Shown: positions 1-9,768 of the stretch, piece after piece
How the letters are laid out: each line of letters opens with the position of its first letter
How positions within the stretch are numbered: the first letter of the stretch is position 1
From: Deltaproteobacteria bacterium
Lineage (GTDB): Bacteria; Desulfobacterota; BSN033; UBA1163
Assembly: GCA_037441725.1 (NCBI GenBank)
Contig: JBBIRT010000002.1
Coordinates: 2,111 to 55,560 of the forward strand
Length of the DNA stretch: 53,450 nucleotides
Direction of reading: 5' to 3'
Translations under genes and position numbers: made by a program
Notes under the pieces: model-generated
The model's input: the letters and a program-made list of their open reading frames with translations, nothing else
The model's database searches: none
Told to the model about the DNA's origin: nothing

Positions 1-1589
1 ATTCAAATATATGTTCCTTGTGGATTCTCGATGAAAAATATCAAAAGTTGAAATTAAAGGCGACTCAGAGCATTAGCGAAGAATATCTGAAGGAAAGAAG
101 TCTATCTTTGGGGGAGGGAGTGGTGGGACATGTGGCCCTTTATAATCAGCCCATGGCCATTCACAATGTGCTTGAAGAACCCCTCTATAAAGAAAAAGAA
201 CTGGCCAAAAAAGAAGGCTTGGTTTCTATGCTTAGTGTCCCAATGTGTATTAAAGACAAAGTCATTGGGGTAATCAACTGTTATACTTCTTATCCTCATC
301 TCTTTTCGAGAACAGAAGAGGAGATCCTCACCACTGTAGCCAACCAGGCAGCTATCTGTATTGAAAATTCAGGACTGATGGAGACCCTCGATATCAATGA
401 GATCCTTCGATTGGTGTTGGAAGGGGTAACAAAGAATGCTGGCTTTGACCGTGCCCGTCTCTACCTCGTTAACGAAAAGAAAAATCTCCTTGAATGCAAG
501 ATGGCTGTTGGAGTGGATGAGGAGTGGATTAGGGGAATCACTCTCCCTTTAGATCCTGAAGATAGTGCCGTCGCTCGATCCGTTCTGGAGAAACAACCCT
601 TTATTATCCCTGATACCAGTAAAGACCCAAGGGTGAACCCCCTATTAAGGGAAAGGCTGAATCTCCATTCACTGGTGGTGATCCCACTTCTTGCAAAGGA
701 AAGGGCCCTGGGAGCAATTGCAGCAGATTTCATCGATTCAAATAAAATGATCACCCATGAAGCCCTTGAATCGGTAATGGTTTTGGCCCAACAGGCAGGT
801 CTTGCCATCCACAATGCTTTCATGTACCAGGAACTTAAAAACTTTAGTCAGCAAATGGAAGAAAAGATCCAAAAGACTACCATAGATCTCAAAAAAACAG
901 AAGCCCAGTTGATCCGATCTGAAAAGTTGGCTGCTTTGGGGCAATTGGCTGCTGGGATCGCTCATGAGATCCGAAATCCATTAACGAGCATCAACATCCT
1001 AATCCATTCCTTGATGGAAAATCTTCCTTCAGAGATTTCCTATCGAGAGGATCTCAAAGTGATCGAAGAAGAAATCAATCGGATCAATGAAATTGTGGGA
1101 CAGTTTCTTCAGTTTGCTAAGCCCACACCTCCTCTCTTGGAAAAAGCAGATCTCATCTCCCTCATTGAAGAAACCCTTCAGTTGCTTCGCCCACAAATCG
1201 AAAGACAATGGATTAGGGTTGAAAAAGAGTTTCATCCCCTGCCCTCTATGTTCATGGATCGGGAACAGATGAAACAGGTTATTCTCAACCTCTTATTAAA
1301 TGCCATTCAGGCTATGCCCGAAGGTGGGAATTTGCTATTAAAAGGAGCTCTCTCAGCGGATCACGAATGGATCTTCTTTTCTATCCAGGATTCTGGAGTC
1401 GGTATTCCTGAGGAAAATATAGATAAACTCTTCGATCCCTTTTTCTCCACAAAGGAAGGAGGAATTGGCCTTGGTCTTTCCATCGCACATCGGATTATCG
1501 ATCAACACCAAGGAAAGATCGAGGTGAAGAGCAAACCTGGAAAAGGAACCCTTTTTATGGTCTGGTTACCGATTCATCATGAGCGTTGA
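1..1589 (+). CDS. Sensor histidine kinase with tandem GAF domains (5' end cut by window edge)
   Basis: Reading frame is open from nt 3 and the translation begins mid-GAF (GEGVVGHVALYNQP). A second GAF follows, then a HisKA H-box (AAGIAHEIRNPL) and HATPase_c boxes (LLLNAIQA, DSGVGIP, GIGLGLSI). Confidence 0.9.
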   Translation, partial: SNICSLWILDEKYQKLKLKATQSISEEYLKERSLSLGEGVVGHVALYNQPMAIHNVLEEPLYKEKELAKKEGLVSMLSVPMCIKDKVIGVINCYTSYPHLFSRTEEEILTTVANQAAICIENSGLMETLDINEILRLVLEGVTKNAGFDRARLYLVNEKKNLLECKMAVGVDEEWIRGITLPLDPEDSAVARSVLEKQPFIIPDTSKDPRVNPLLRERLNLHSLVVIPLLAKERALGAIAADFIDSNKMITHEALESVMVLAQQAGLAIHNAFMYQELKNFSQQMEEKIQKTTIDLKKTEAQLIRSEKLAALGQLAAGIAHEIRNPLTSINILIHSLMENLPSEISYREDLKVIEEEINRINEIVGQFLQFAKPTPPLLEKADLISLIEETLQLLRPQIERQWIRVEKEFHPLPSMFMDREQMKQVILNLLLNAIQAMPEGGNLLLKGALSADHEWIFFSIQDSGVGIPEENIDKLFDPFFSTKEGGIGLGLSIAHRIIDQHQGKIEVKSKPGKGTLFMVWLPIHHER

Positions 1590-1651
1590 ATTTTGAACGA
1601 TAAACAATGGACGATCCCTTTTTTAATTCTCTAAGGAAATGGTAGAAGAAC

Positions 1652-3085
1652 ATGCCAACCATCTTAATTGTAGATGATGACAAGTCGATTCGATATTCCC
1701 TGAAGCGGATGTTAGAGGGGGACTATTCGATTCTTACGGCTCAGAGTGGAGAGGAGGCATTGGTTCAGTTTAGGGAGGGGGCTCCTGATCTGGTTCTGAT
1801 GGACATCAAGATGCCTGGTCGGGATGGGATGGAGGTGTTGAAGGAGATCAAATCGATAGATCCCAAATCATTGGTCATTCTCATGACGGCCTATGGGACG
1901 ACCGAGACAGCCATTGAGGCCATGAAGTATGGGGCTTTTGACTATATCCTCAAGCCTTTTCCTATTCCTCAGATGAGGCGGTTAGTAGAGAGGGCTTTGA
2001 CGTTGAGGAGATTGATGAAGGGGGGAGTCACTTATGCTCCATTGGCCGATGGGGAGGGAGAGGAGGAGCGAATTGTGGGCTCTTCCTCCAAGATGCAGGA
2101 GATCTATAAGATGATTGGTCAGATTGCTCCCAGTGAGGTGACGGTTTTGCTTCGGGGAGAGAGTGGGACGGGAAAGGAGTTAATGGCTCGGGCGATCTAT
2201 CATCACAGTCTTCGTTCGAACCAGCCCTTTTTGCCGGTCAACTGTGCGGCCATTCCGGATACGCTTCTTGAGAGTGAGCTGTTTGGACATGAGAAGGGAG
2301 CCTTTACCGGGGCCGTTTCTCGTCGGATTGGGAAACTGGAGCAGTGTCAGGGGGGGACGATCTTTTTGGATGAGATTGGAGACATGTCCCTTTCCACTCA
2401 GGCCAAGCTATTGAGGGTACTTCAGGAGAAGACCTTTGAGCGGTTGGGGGGGATGGAGACGATCAAGGTGGATATTCGTTTTATCGTGGCCACCAACAAG
2501 GATCTGGAGGAGGCCATTTTGAAGGGGAGATTTCGAGAGGATCTCTATTATCGGCTCAATGTGGTCTCCTTGATGATTCCTCCTTTACGGGAGAGGAGGG
2601 AGGATATTCCTCAGTTGGTCACTTATTTTTTGAAGAGGTTTAATCGGGAATTGAGGAAGGGGGTGGTGGGGGTCACCCCTTCAGCGATGGACAAGATGAT
2701 GGCTTATGGGTGGCCGGGGAATGTGCGGCAGTTGGAGAACGTATTGAAGAGGGCGATGGTATTATGTCAGGGGGAATGGATTTTGGAGGATCAACTGTTT
2801 CTTGAGGGGGGACGAGAGAAGGAGGAGGTAGAAAGTGAGTTGAGTAAGAAAACGATTGAGGATCTTCTGGATATGCTTTTTGGTGAGCTCTCCAAGGTCC
2901 AGACTTCTCAGGATCTGGATATGATCTCCATTCTGGAACGAGGACTCATTCTCCGTGCCCTTCAAAAAACCAAAGGAAACCAACTCAAGGCTGCCTCTCT
3001 CCTTGGAATCCATCGGAGTACCCTTCGGGGCAAAATGGAAAAATATAATATTAAGAAAGAGGTATTGGTTTCAGAAGAAGAATAA
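1652..3085 (+). CDS. Sigma-54-dependent response regulator (NtrC family: REC + AAA+ + Fis-type HTH)
   Basis: Receiver Asp context (LVLMDIKMPG), Walker A GESGTGKE, sigma-54 contact motif GHEKGAFTGA, C-terminal HTH (AASLLGIHRSTLRGKM). ATG preceded by AAGGAAATGG. Confidence 0.93.
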   Translation: MPTILIVDDDKSIRYSLKRMLEGDYSILTAQSGEEALVQFREGAPDLVLMDIKMPGRDGMEVLKEIKSIDPKSLVILMTAYGTTETAIEAMKYGAFDYILKPFPIPQMRRLVERALTLRRLMKGGVTYAPLADGEGEEERIVGSSSKMQEIYKMIGQIAPSEVTVLLRGESGTGKELMARAIYHHSLRSNQPFLPVNCAAIPDTLLESELFGHEKGAFTGAVSRRIGKLEQCQGGTIFLDEIGDMSLSTQAKLLRVLQEKTFERLGGMETIKVDIRFIVATNKDLEEAILKGRFREDLYYRLNVVSLMIPPLRERREDIPQLVTYFLKRFNRELRKGVVGVTPSAMDKMMAYGWPGNVRQLENVLKRAMVLCQGEWILEDQLFLEGGREKEEVESELSKKTIEDLLDMLFGELSKVQTSQDLDMISILERGLILRALQKTKGNQLKAASLLGIHRSTLRGKMEKYNIKKEVLVSEEE

Positions 3086-3090
3086 CCATT

Positions 3091-3119
3091 GCGGATTGCG
3101 GAATTCGGATTTCGGGATT
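3091..3119. repeat. Tandem ~7-nt array GCGGATT/GCGGAAT/TCGGATT/TCGGGATT (4 units, each containing GGA)
   Basis: Read directly: gcggattgcggaattcggatttcgggatt, in the spacer between the response regulator stop and nadE. Confidence 0.8.
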
Positions 3120-3158
3120 AAAATAGTGAGCTTTAGAGGTTAATCATTTTAACTCCAC

Positions 3159-3193
3159 GCCATGCGCCATGCTTTATGCGCTTTGCGACTTTA
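3159..3193. repeat. Tandem 7-nt array CGCCATG CGCCATG CTTTATG CGCTTTG CGACTTT
   Basis: Read directly. 7-nt periodicity over 5 units, ending 12 nt before the nadE start. Confidence 0.75.
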
Positions 3194-3204
3194 AGGGGTA
3201 AAGT

Positions 3205-4938
3205 ATGCGAACCCTGAGAATCGGTCTCTGTCAGATTAACACTACCGTTGGCGATATCGAAGGAAACACAAGAAAGATTCTGGACTATATCAAAAAGGGA
3301 AAGAGGATGGGAGCGGATCTTGTTGTCTTTCCAGAGATGGCTGTCACGGGGTATCCCCCTGAAGATCTTCTGCTTATGCCTAAATTTATTGAAGCCAATT
3401 TGAAAGCGATGCAAACCATCGCCCGAGCTACCTCCTCGATGACTGCAGTCGTGGGATTTGTAAATAAGGAAGGAGATATTTTTAACTCTGCTGCCCTCCT
3501 TCACCATGGGCAGATGGTTGATGTCTATTCCAAAACCTTTCTCCCCAACTATGGGGTTTTTGATGAGGATCGATATTTCCAAGTGGGTAAGGAAAATTTC
3601 ATCTTCAACCTTAAATCGACTCCCATTGGATTGAGCATCTGTGAGGATCTATGGTATCCAGGAGATCCCATCCGAACACAAACTTTATATGGAGGAGCAG
3701 AGCTCATTATCAATATCTCATCCTCCCCCTATCAAGTGGGGAAATCTGCCTCTCGCGAAAAGATGATCTCGACCAGGGCCTCAGATAATGTGGCCATCAT
3801 TGCTTACTGCAATCTTGTGGGGGGCCAGGATGAGTTGGTTTTTGACGGAGGAAGTCTGATCTATGATCAAAGAGGGGAATTAATGGCTCGAGGTAAACAA
3901 TTTGAAGAAGATCTGGTTCTGGTAGATCTGGATATGGAAGCCGTCTTTCGGATGCGACTCCACGATCCCCGAATCCGCAGAGAAAGGTTGGGAGATGAGG
4001 AAAAAAGGGTGAGGAAAATTGATCTCTTATATGAAAATCGACCTAAAAGGAAACCCCCTCTCCCCAAGAGAGAGATCCAAGTTTTGGATCGCCTTTCTGA
4101 AATTTACTCTGCTCTGGTCCTGGGGACTCGGGACTATATTCGAAAGAATGGATTCCATACAGTCCTGGTTGGATTGAGTGGAGGAATCGATTCTGCCCTA
4201 ACAGCATCCATAGCGGTAGACGCCCTCGGAAAGATGGGGGTCGTTGGGGTAGCCATGCCTTCGCCTTATTCCTCTAAAGAATCCCTCAGGGACGCAGAGC
4301 TTCTGGCTAAAAATCTTGATATCCGATTTCTCACCATCCCAATCACCGAGATATTTCAAGCCTATCTCAAAACCCTCTCTCCTTCATTTAAAGGTCGGAA
4401 ACCCGACGTCACGGAAGAGAATATTCAGGCCCGCATTCGGGGAAACATCTTGATGGCCCTCTCCAATAAATTTGGATGGCTCGTCCTGACGACAGGAAAT
4501 AAGAGCGAAATGAGTGTGGGATATTGTACCCTCTATGGGGATATGGCAGGCGGATTTGCAGTTTTAAAGGATGTCCCTAAAACCCTCGTCTATGAATTGG
4601 CGGAATATAAAAATCGAAGAGAAGGAAAAACGATCATCCCAGAAAGCATCTTTACAAAAGCCCCTTCAGCAGAATTGAGGCCAAACCAAAAGGATGAAGA
4701 TTCACTTCCCCCCTACCCTATTCTCGATCCCATCCTTCAAGCCTATGTGGAAGAGGATAAAGGGGTTGAAGAAATCGCAAAGATGGGGTTTAAGGAACGT
4801 ATGGTTAAAGAAGTCATCCAAATGGTCGATCGAAATGAGTATAAACGGAGACAGAGTCCACCTGGGGTGAAAATTACCCACCGAGCCCTCGGAAAAGATC
4901 GAAGACTCCCTTTGACCAACAAATTTACCTCATTATAA
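3205..4938 (+). CDS. nadE: Glutamine-dependent NAD+ synthetase (CN-hydrolase domain + NAD synthetase domain)
   Basis: 577 aa. N-terminal nitrilase-type domain (FPEMAVTGY, SICEDLWYP) and C-terminal PP-loop (GLSGGIDSAL). RBS AAGGGG before the ATG. Confidence 0.93.
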   Translation: MRTLRIGLCQINTTVGDIEGNTRKILDYIKKGKRMGADLVVFPEMAVTGYPPEDLLLMPKFIEANLKAMQTIARATSSMTAVVGFVNKEGDIFNSAALLHHGQMVDVYSKTFLPNYGVFDEDRYFQVGKENFIFNLKSTPIGLSICEDLWYPGDPIRTQTLYGGAELIINISSSPYQVGKSASREKMISTRASDNVAIIAYCNLVGGQDELVFDGGSLIYDQRGELMARGKQFEEDLVLVDLDMEAVFRMRLHDPRIRRERLGDEEKRVRKIDLLYENRPKRKPPLPKREIQVLDRLSEIYSALVLGTRDYIRKNGFHTVLVGLSGGIDSALTASIAVDALGKMGVVGVAMPSPYSSKESLRDAELLAKNLDIRFLTIPITEIFQAYLKTLSPSFKGRKPDVTEENIQARIRGNILMALSNKFGWLVLTTGNKSEMSVGYCTLYGDMAGGFAVLKDVPKTLVYELAEYKNRREGKTIIPESIFTKAPSAELRPNQKDEDSLPPYPILDPILQAYVEEDKGVEEIAKMGFKERMVKEVIQMVDRNEYKRRQSPPGVKITHRALGKDRRLPLTNKFTSL

Positions 4939-5093
4939 GTATAAAAGTAAAAAGCATTTACTCACCGTTGCCAGTGATGGATACAGTAAGAAATGGAATC
5001 AGCGAGGGCATAAAGCCGTCCGAAGACATGAGTTGCTGTCAACTAAGGTCACACCTAACATCCAATGGGTTGGATGATTGGAATCGATCAACG

Positions 5094-6677
5094 CTAAAAA
5101 GAAGGAGGATTAGGTTCGGTTTTAAACCCACTCTCTTCAATGATAAATTGATCATCACCAGGATCAGGTTTAAATTCCAACAGAAGTTTTTTAGCTTCCT
5201 CTATATAGGAACCTTCTCTCATCCGAATCTCTCCATGGGGGACAACGACGATTGCGGATTCTCCTTTTACAGGGCACCTCTGCTCACAAAAACCACACCC
5301 ATTACACTTTGAAGCAATGACAAATGGACGTCGATATCCTTCGACAGGTCTGAAAACAATTGCATTATATGGACAAATTTCATCGCAGATCAGACAGGGC
5401 TTATTTTCTGCCCAGACCAGGCACATCTCCTTTCGCAGGATGGCGGTCCCAACCTTTGCATGGGTCTTTTCCTCAAGGGACAAAGATCGGATGGCCTGGG
5501 TTGGACAGACCTTTCCGCAAACATTGCAGTTCTGATCACAGGGAGCCAAACGAAGATCCATTCTGGGAGTCCACAATCCTGAAAAACCTGATTCCCAGAG
5601 AGAGGGTTGAAGTGTATTGGTTAAACAAGATTTCATGCACTCTCCACATCGGATGCAGGTTCGCAAGAATTCAGTCTCAGGGATGGCACCTGGAGGGCGG
5701 ATGAGCTGATGTTTCCCTTGTTTTAGACTAAAGGGGGTCTTCATGGCCAGAAACCCTACCCCGAATCCCCCTGCTAAGGCATAGAGGAATCCCCTGCGGG
5801 ATAAATCCAACTTAGAATATTCTCCGCCAATAGATAGAGAGGCACGAAAAGTAATTGCATGCTGCGGACAAACCTTCGCGCAGGTTCTACACTGAATGCA
5901 TTCGGGAAGGTGAATATTTTTAGGGTCCTCCTCGATTGCTCCCATGGGACAGGTCCTCTGACAAATCAGACATTCGTTGCACGATTCACTGACTCGCCTT
6001 TTGAAAAGTCCGATGGGAGAGAAAAGGCTAAGAAGGGCTCCGAGAGGGCAGAGATATCGGCACCAGAACCTTTGGGCAAAATGGTTGACGGCGATGATCC
6101 CTCCAAAGATGAGTAGGGTGAGGGCCGTCATATAATAAACAGGCTGGAAATAATGAAGGTAAGAAAGGCCCGTCCATCTTAGGGTCTGAAACAAAGGTCT
6201 TAAAAAATCCAGAAGAAGATTCATCAGGGTAATGGCGAGGGGATAAATGAAGAAAGTATAGAATCGTGTGAGAAGAGCAAGTGGGTCCATCAGAAAGGCC
6301 AGAGAGAGACCGGTGATTCCAGCAACGATAAAAATGATGAGTAAGATGTATTTTATTCTTCGAAGGCTTGCCTCATCCTTTAAACTCTTCCGATTTTTAT
6401 TTTTAAAGAATAAGGGGTCTAAAAGGTCAATGGCTCCCCCCATAGGGCAGACATAGGCGCAAAAAAAGCGACCAATGGCCAGCGTCACCCCAATGGTGAT
6501 AAGAGCTAAGAACACCCGACCAATCACCTTTCTTGCCGCAAAAACCGCATTTAACCCCAATAAGGGATCAAGCCGTAAATAAATATCTGCAGGAAGCCAA
6601 TCAGGTAATTTGTAAGTTGCAAAGATAAACAAGACTGAAAAAAAAAGGAGGGAAAGGAGCTGAAGGATGCGCCTCAT
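5094..6677 (-). CDS. Membrane-bound polyferredoxin (NapH/MauN-like TM region plus several 4Fe-4S motifs)
   Basis: Hydrophobic N-terminal half with CAYVCPMGG and CRYLCPLG motifs. C-terminal half has CxxCxxCxxxCP motifs (CLICQRTCP, CIQCRTCAKVCP, CIRCGECMKSC, CNVCGKVCP, CLICDEICP, CNGCGFCEQRCP). Its start overlaps the upstream stop as ATGA. Confidence 0.8.
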   Translation of the reverse strand: MRRILQLLSLLFFSVLFIFATYKLPDWLPADIYLRLDPLLGLNAVFAARKVIGRVFLALITIGVTLAIGRFFCAYVCPMGGAIDLLDPLFFKNKNRKSLKDEASLRRIKYILLIIFIVAGITGLSLAFLMDPLALLTRFYTFFIYPLAITLMNLLLDFLRPLFQTLRWTGLSYLHYFQPVYYMTALTLLIFGGIIAVNHFAQRFWCRYLCPLGALLSLFSPIGLFKRRVSESCNECLICQRTCPMGAIEEDPKNIHLPECIQCRTCAKVCPQHAITFRASLSIGGEYSKLDLSRRGFLYALAGGFGVGFLAMKTPFSLKQGKHQLIRPPGAIPETEFLRTCIRCGECMKSCLTNTLQPSLWESGFSGLWTPRMDLRLAPCDQNCNVCGKVCPTQAIRSLSLEEKTHAKVGTAILRKEMCLVWAENKPCLICDEICPYNAIVFRPVEGYRRPFVIASKCNGCGFCEQRCPVKGESAIVVVPHGEIRMREGSYIEEAKKLLLEFKPDPGDDQFIIEESGFKTEPNPPSF

Positions 6678-7600
6678 ACCGTTCCTTTGTAGATCTTAAG
6701 CTGATCGATATCAATCTTTCCAAGTCCCCTTTGGTGGGCCAAAAGCAAATGTTCAATCTCACGGCCTTTAAAATTTCTTCCGTACCAGGGAACAATACCG
6801 ACTCCAAACGTATCGACAGCCACAGGATCTATACCGGCAATGATAAGATGGGGTTTTTTCACCTCTCCAGGTCCTCCGGGGCCACCTGAGACCAATGCAC
6901 GGGTAGCATCAAGAAGGGTGAGCTGAGGCTTAATCACGGTAGCCAGATCCACAATGGCATGATGAATATTATGGTGAGAATGAAAAACCCCTCGGTCCCA
7001 GATAATACCCATGAGTCCTTTTAAGCCCAAACTGATTCCAGTGGTCGAATGAGATTTGGCGACAGGAAGATTAATGAACACCTGGCTGTCTAAAACCTCT
7101 TTCATGACCTCAACCTTCCCTAAAACTTTTCCTTTAGGGATCTTTATCTCCTGGTAAAACTTCTTTTCTTGAAGGGCAAGGACATGGACTCCTGAAAGAT
7201 TTTTACATGCCTCCCGGATCCCTGTTCGTTCGAGACACAATTCTGGCTGATGGAGGGTATGATCCAGGACCAATACCTGCTTGGCTCCTGCCTCCATACA
7301 GAGTTGAGCCACTGTCGCTACCACCAAGGGATGGGTAGTCGCCCCGAAATCAGGGGTTCTTGAAAAGGACATATTCGGCTTTAATACAACCTGATCTCCT
7401 TTCTTAACAAAATAGGAGATTCCTCCTAAGACCTCTAAAGCTCTTCGGGTAGCTGATACAGGTTCGCCTGAAATCACGGCCAGGTCATACTCCTCCTTTT
7501 GATTAGAAAAAGAAGGATGCCCCACCAGGCTCAATGCAATCCCTGCAGTGGTCGTTTTAAGAAATTGACGCCTTGAAATCCTCTTTTCTCCACTAATCAT
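6674..7600 (-). CDS. Tat-signal DUF362-family protein
   Basis: N-terminal twin-arginine motif ISRRQFLKTTTAGIALSL. The rest resembles DUF362 proteins (recognised from memory only). 4-nt ATGA overlap with the downstream polyferredoxin gene. Confidence 0.7.
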   Translation of the reverse strand: MISGEKRISRRQFLKTTTAGIALSLVGHPSFSNQKEEYDLAVISGEPVSATRRALEVLGGISYFVKKGDQVVLKPNMSFSRTPDFGATTHPLVVATVAQLCMEAGAKQVLVLDHTLHQPELCLERTGIREACKNLSGVHVLALQEKKFYQEIKIPKGKVLGKVEVMKEVLDSQVFINLPVAKSHSTTGISLGLKGLMGIIWDRGVFHSHHNIHHAIVDLATVIKPQLTLLDATRALVSGGPGGPGEVKKPHLIIAGIDPVAVDTFGVGIVPWYGRNFKGREIEHLLLAHQRGLGKIDIDQLKIYKGTV

Positions 7601-7866
7601 AAAAGTTTTGAATCCTCCCCTTAATAAAATATTCTTTTCAATTATAACACGGATTTCATAGGATGCCCCTGTTTATAAAAGGAAGGAGTGATTTTCTCCT
7701 GGTCGTTCCAAAAGGATATTCCATGTCTATTATTTAGCAACGTGCCCTGAATTCGCCAAATGACTTCTTTTCAGAAATAAAATGTGCGAAAGATTATTTC
7801 ATTTGGTTATAACTCAACCCCTTAAAAATACTTATTTAAATGCGAAGACCTCTCTCCCTTAACAAT

Positions 7867-7882
7867 TGGAACAAGGATTGCT
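7867..7882 (+). promoter_or_regulatory. Sigma-54 (-24/-12) promoter TGGAACAAGGATTGCT
   Basis: GG and GC elements at the canonical 12-nt register (consensus TGGCACG-N4-TTGCW). The core AAGGATTGCTC is identical to the promoter at 13060. Lies 25 nt upstream of the NifA-like ORF. Confidence 0.6.
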
Positions 7883-7906
7883 CATAACAACTTCAATTTT
7901 CTCAGG

Positions 7907-9538
7907 TTGGAAGGAATTTATCAGTTGAAAAGAGATGCCCTTAATACCCACCTTCACCAAAGGAGAGGCCCCTCTCCTCCTTCCTCCCAAGAAAAATTGC
8001 TCTTCACATTAGAGAGAAAGCTTAAGGAGCTGACCGTTCTTTATAAAATTAGTCAGCGATTAGGATCTGGACAAAACTGTGAGGAAGTCCTTCCCGAAAT
8101 TCTAAGGATCTTCCATTCACACTTGGGGATGAATCGGGGGACTATCGCTCTATTAGATTCCTTAACGGGCCAGATAGAGGTTCGTGCGGCTCATGGAATG
8201 ACTGAAGAGGAGGTAAAAAGGGGAAGATATTTAGTCGGGGAGGGAATTACCGGAAAAGTGGTGGAATCGGGCAAACCCATGTTCGTTCCACAAATCGAGA
8301 AAGAGCCTCTATTTTTAAATCGAACACGGTGCAGAGATCATATTAAGAAAAGTAACATCTCTTTCATCTGTGTCCCTATCAAAAATGGCCAGAATATTTT
8401 AGGGGCTTTGAGTGTGGATCGACTTTTCAGTGAGGAAATTGCCTTTGAAGAAGATGTCAGACTCCTTTCCATCGTTGCGTCCATGATTGCCCAAGGGCTC
8501 AAGATTCATCAGATGATTCAGGAGGAAAAAGAGGAACTCTTGAATGAAAATCTCCTTCTGAAAGAGAAATTGAGAGAACGATACAATCCCTATAATATTT
8601 TAGGGAAAAGCAATAAAATGAATGAAGTCTTTCAGATGATTGAACAGATTTCAAATACGGATGTAACCGTCCTCATCCGAGGAGAAAGTGGTACCGGTAA
8701 AGAATTGGTAGCCAATGCTATCCATTTTAATAGCCTGCGATCCCTCCAGCCTTTCATAAAGATCAATTGTGCAGCCCTTCCTGAAAACCTTATTGAAAGC
8801 GAATTATTTGGTCATGAGAAGGCAGCCTTCACCGGAGCAACGGAACAAAGAATAGGAAGATTCGAAAGGGCAAACAGAGGTACACTCTTCCTGGATGAAA
8901 TTGGTACTTTGGATCTTAATGCCCAGGCAAAACTGTTAAGGGTTCTGCAAGAGAAAGAATTTGAAAGAATTGGTGGAAGTCGAACGATCCGTGTGGATGT
9001 CCGCATCATTGCGGCTACCAGTAGGAATTTGGAAAAGTCAATGAAAGAGGGAACTTTCAGGGAGGACCTTTATTACCGTCTAAATGTCTTTCCGATTTTT
9101 ATTTCCCCCTTAAGAGAAAGGAAAACGGATATCCTTCTTCTAACTGACCATTTTGTTGAAAAATTCAATCGGAAACATAAAAAGCACGTTCGAAGGATTT
9201 CAACTCCAGCCATAGACATGCTCATGCAGTATCATTGGCCGGGCAATGTGAGAGAACTTGAAAATGTCATCGAGCGGGCTGTCCTCCTCTGCACGGATCG
9301 AGTCATCCACAGCTATCATCTTCCACCTACCCTTCAGACCGGAGAACGATCCGGCACAGTCCCCTCACTCTCTTTCGAAGAGGCAAGGAAAAATTTAGAA
9401 AAGGAGTTGATCATCGATGCTCTTAAAAACTCTCGAGGAAAGATGGCCGAGGCTGCAAGGCTCTTGAGAACCACGGAAAGGGTCGTTTCTTACAGTGTCC
9501 GGAAACTCGGGATTAACCCAAAGTCTTATCGTTCTTAA
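7907..9538 (+). CDS. Sigma-54-dependent transcriptional activator, NifA-like (GAF + AAA+ + HTH)
   Basis: N-terminal GAF ([14 protein letters not shown]), Walker [20 protein letters not shown]-terminal HTH ([23 protein letters not shown]). No receiver domain. The start (TTG 7907) is uncertain. Confidence 0.9.
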   Translation: MEGIYQLKRDALNTHLHQRRGPSPPSSQEKLLFTLERKLKELTVLYKISQRLGSGQNCEEVLPEILRIFHSHLGMNRGTIALLDSLTGQIEVRAAHGMTEEEVKRGRYLVGEGITGKVVESGKPMFVPQIEKEPLFLNRTRCRDHIKKSNISFICVPIKNGQNILGALSVDRLFSEEIAFEEDVRLLSIVASMIAQGLKIHQMIQEEKEELLNENLLLKEKLRERYNPYNILGKSNKMNEVFQMIEQISNTDVTVLIRGESGTGKELVANAIHFNSLRSLQPFIKINCAALPENLIESELFGHEKAAFTGATEQRIGRFERANRGTLFLDEIGTLDLNAQAKLLRVLQEKEFERIGGSRTIRVDVRIIAATSRNLEKSMKEGTFREDLYYRLNVFPIFISPLRERKTDILLLTDHFVEKFNRKHKKHVRRISTPAIDMLMQYHWPGNVRELENVIERAVLLCTDRVIHSYHLPPTLQTGERSGTVPSLSFEEARKNLEKELIIDALKNSRGKMAEAARLLRTTERVVSYSVRKLGINPKSYRS

Positions 9539-9696
9539 TCCCACAAAAGTGTTGTTTCTCTTCTCTTTTCCAACAAATCTGTCGGATTAAAATTGCTGAT
9601 TCCTTCTTTCCCGCTTTTCTTCTCCACTCTTACCTTCAACTGAAACCCGTTTGATTTTAAAGCCTTCGAACCCAACGAGCGTAGAAATAATTTAGC

Positions 9697-9712
9697 TGGC
9701 ACCCTTCTTGAT
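9697..9712 (+). promoter_or_regulatory. Candidate sigma-54 promoter TGGCACCCTTCTTGAT (weak -12)
   Basis: Perfect -24 TGGCAC at correct spacing, but the -12 reads TTGA instead of TTGC. About 57 nt upstream of the porin ATG. Confidence 0.4.
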
Positions 9713-9768
9713 AAAGTCAAAAATTAAATACGAAGTTCGGAAGGATATCCAAAGAGAAAGGGGAAAAG

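Noticed and set aside
3133-3582. 149-aa minus-strand ORF overlapping the nadE start
   Set aside because: Antisense shadow of nadE with no recognisable motifs. The same reasoning applies to 461-823, 4968-5312, 5360-5704, 5859-6116, 17603-17947, 19765-20097 and 23207-23536, and to the many short antisense ORFs inside the giant gene.
7737-7750. AGCAACGTGCCC, which looks like a reverse-strand sigma-54 element upstream of the DUF362 operon
   Set aside because: The -12 and -24 halves are directly abutted with no spacer, so it cannot function as a -24/-12 promoter.
9708-9720. TTGATAAAGTCAA resembling an FNR-type box at the porin promoter
   Set aside because: The half-sites are separated by 3 nt instead of 4 (TTGA-N5-TCAA). 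The spacing is wrong for CRP/FNR dimers.
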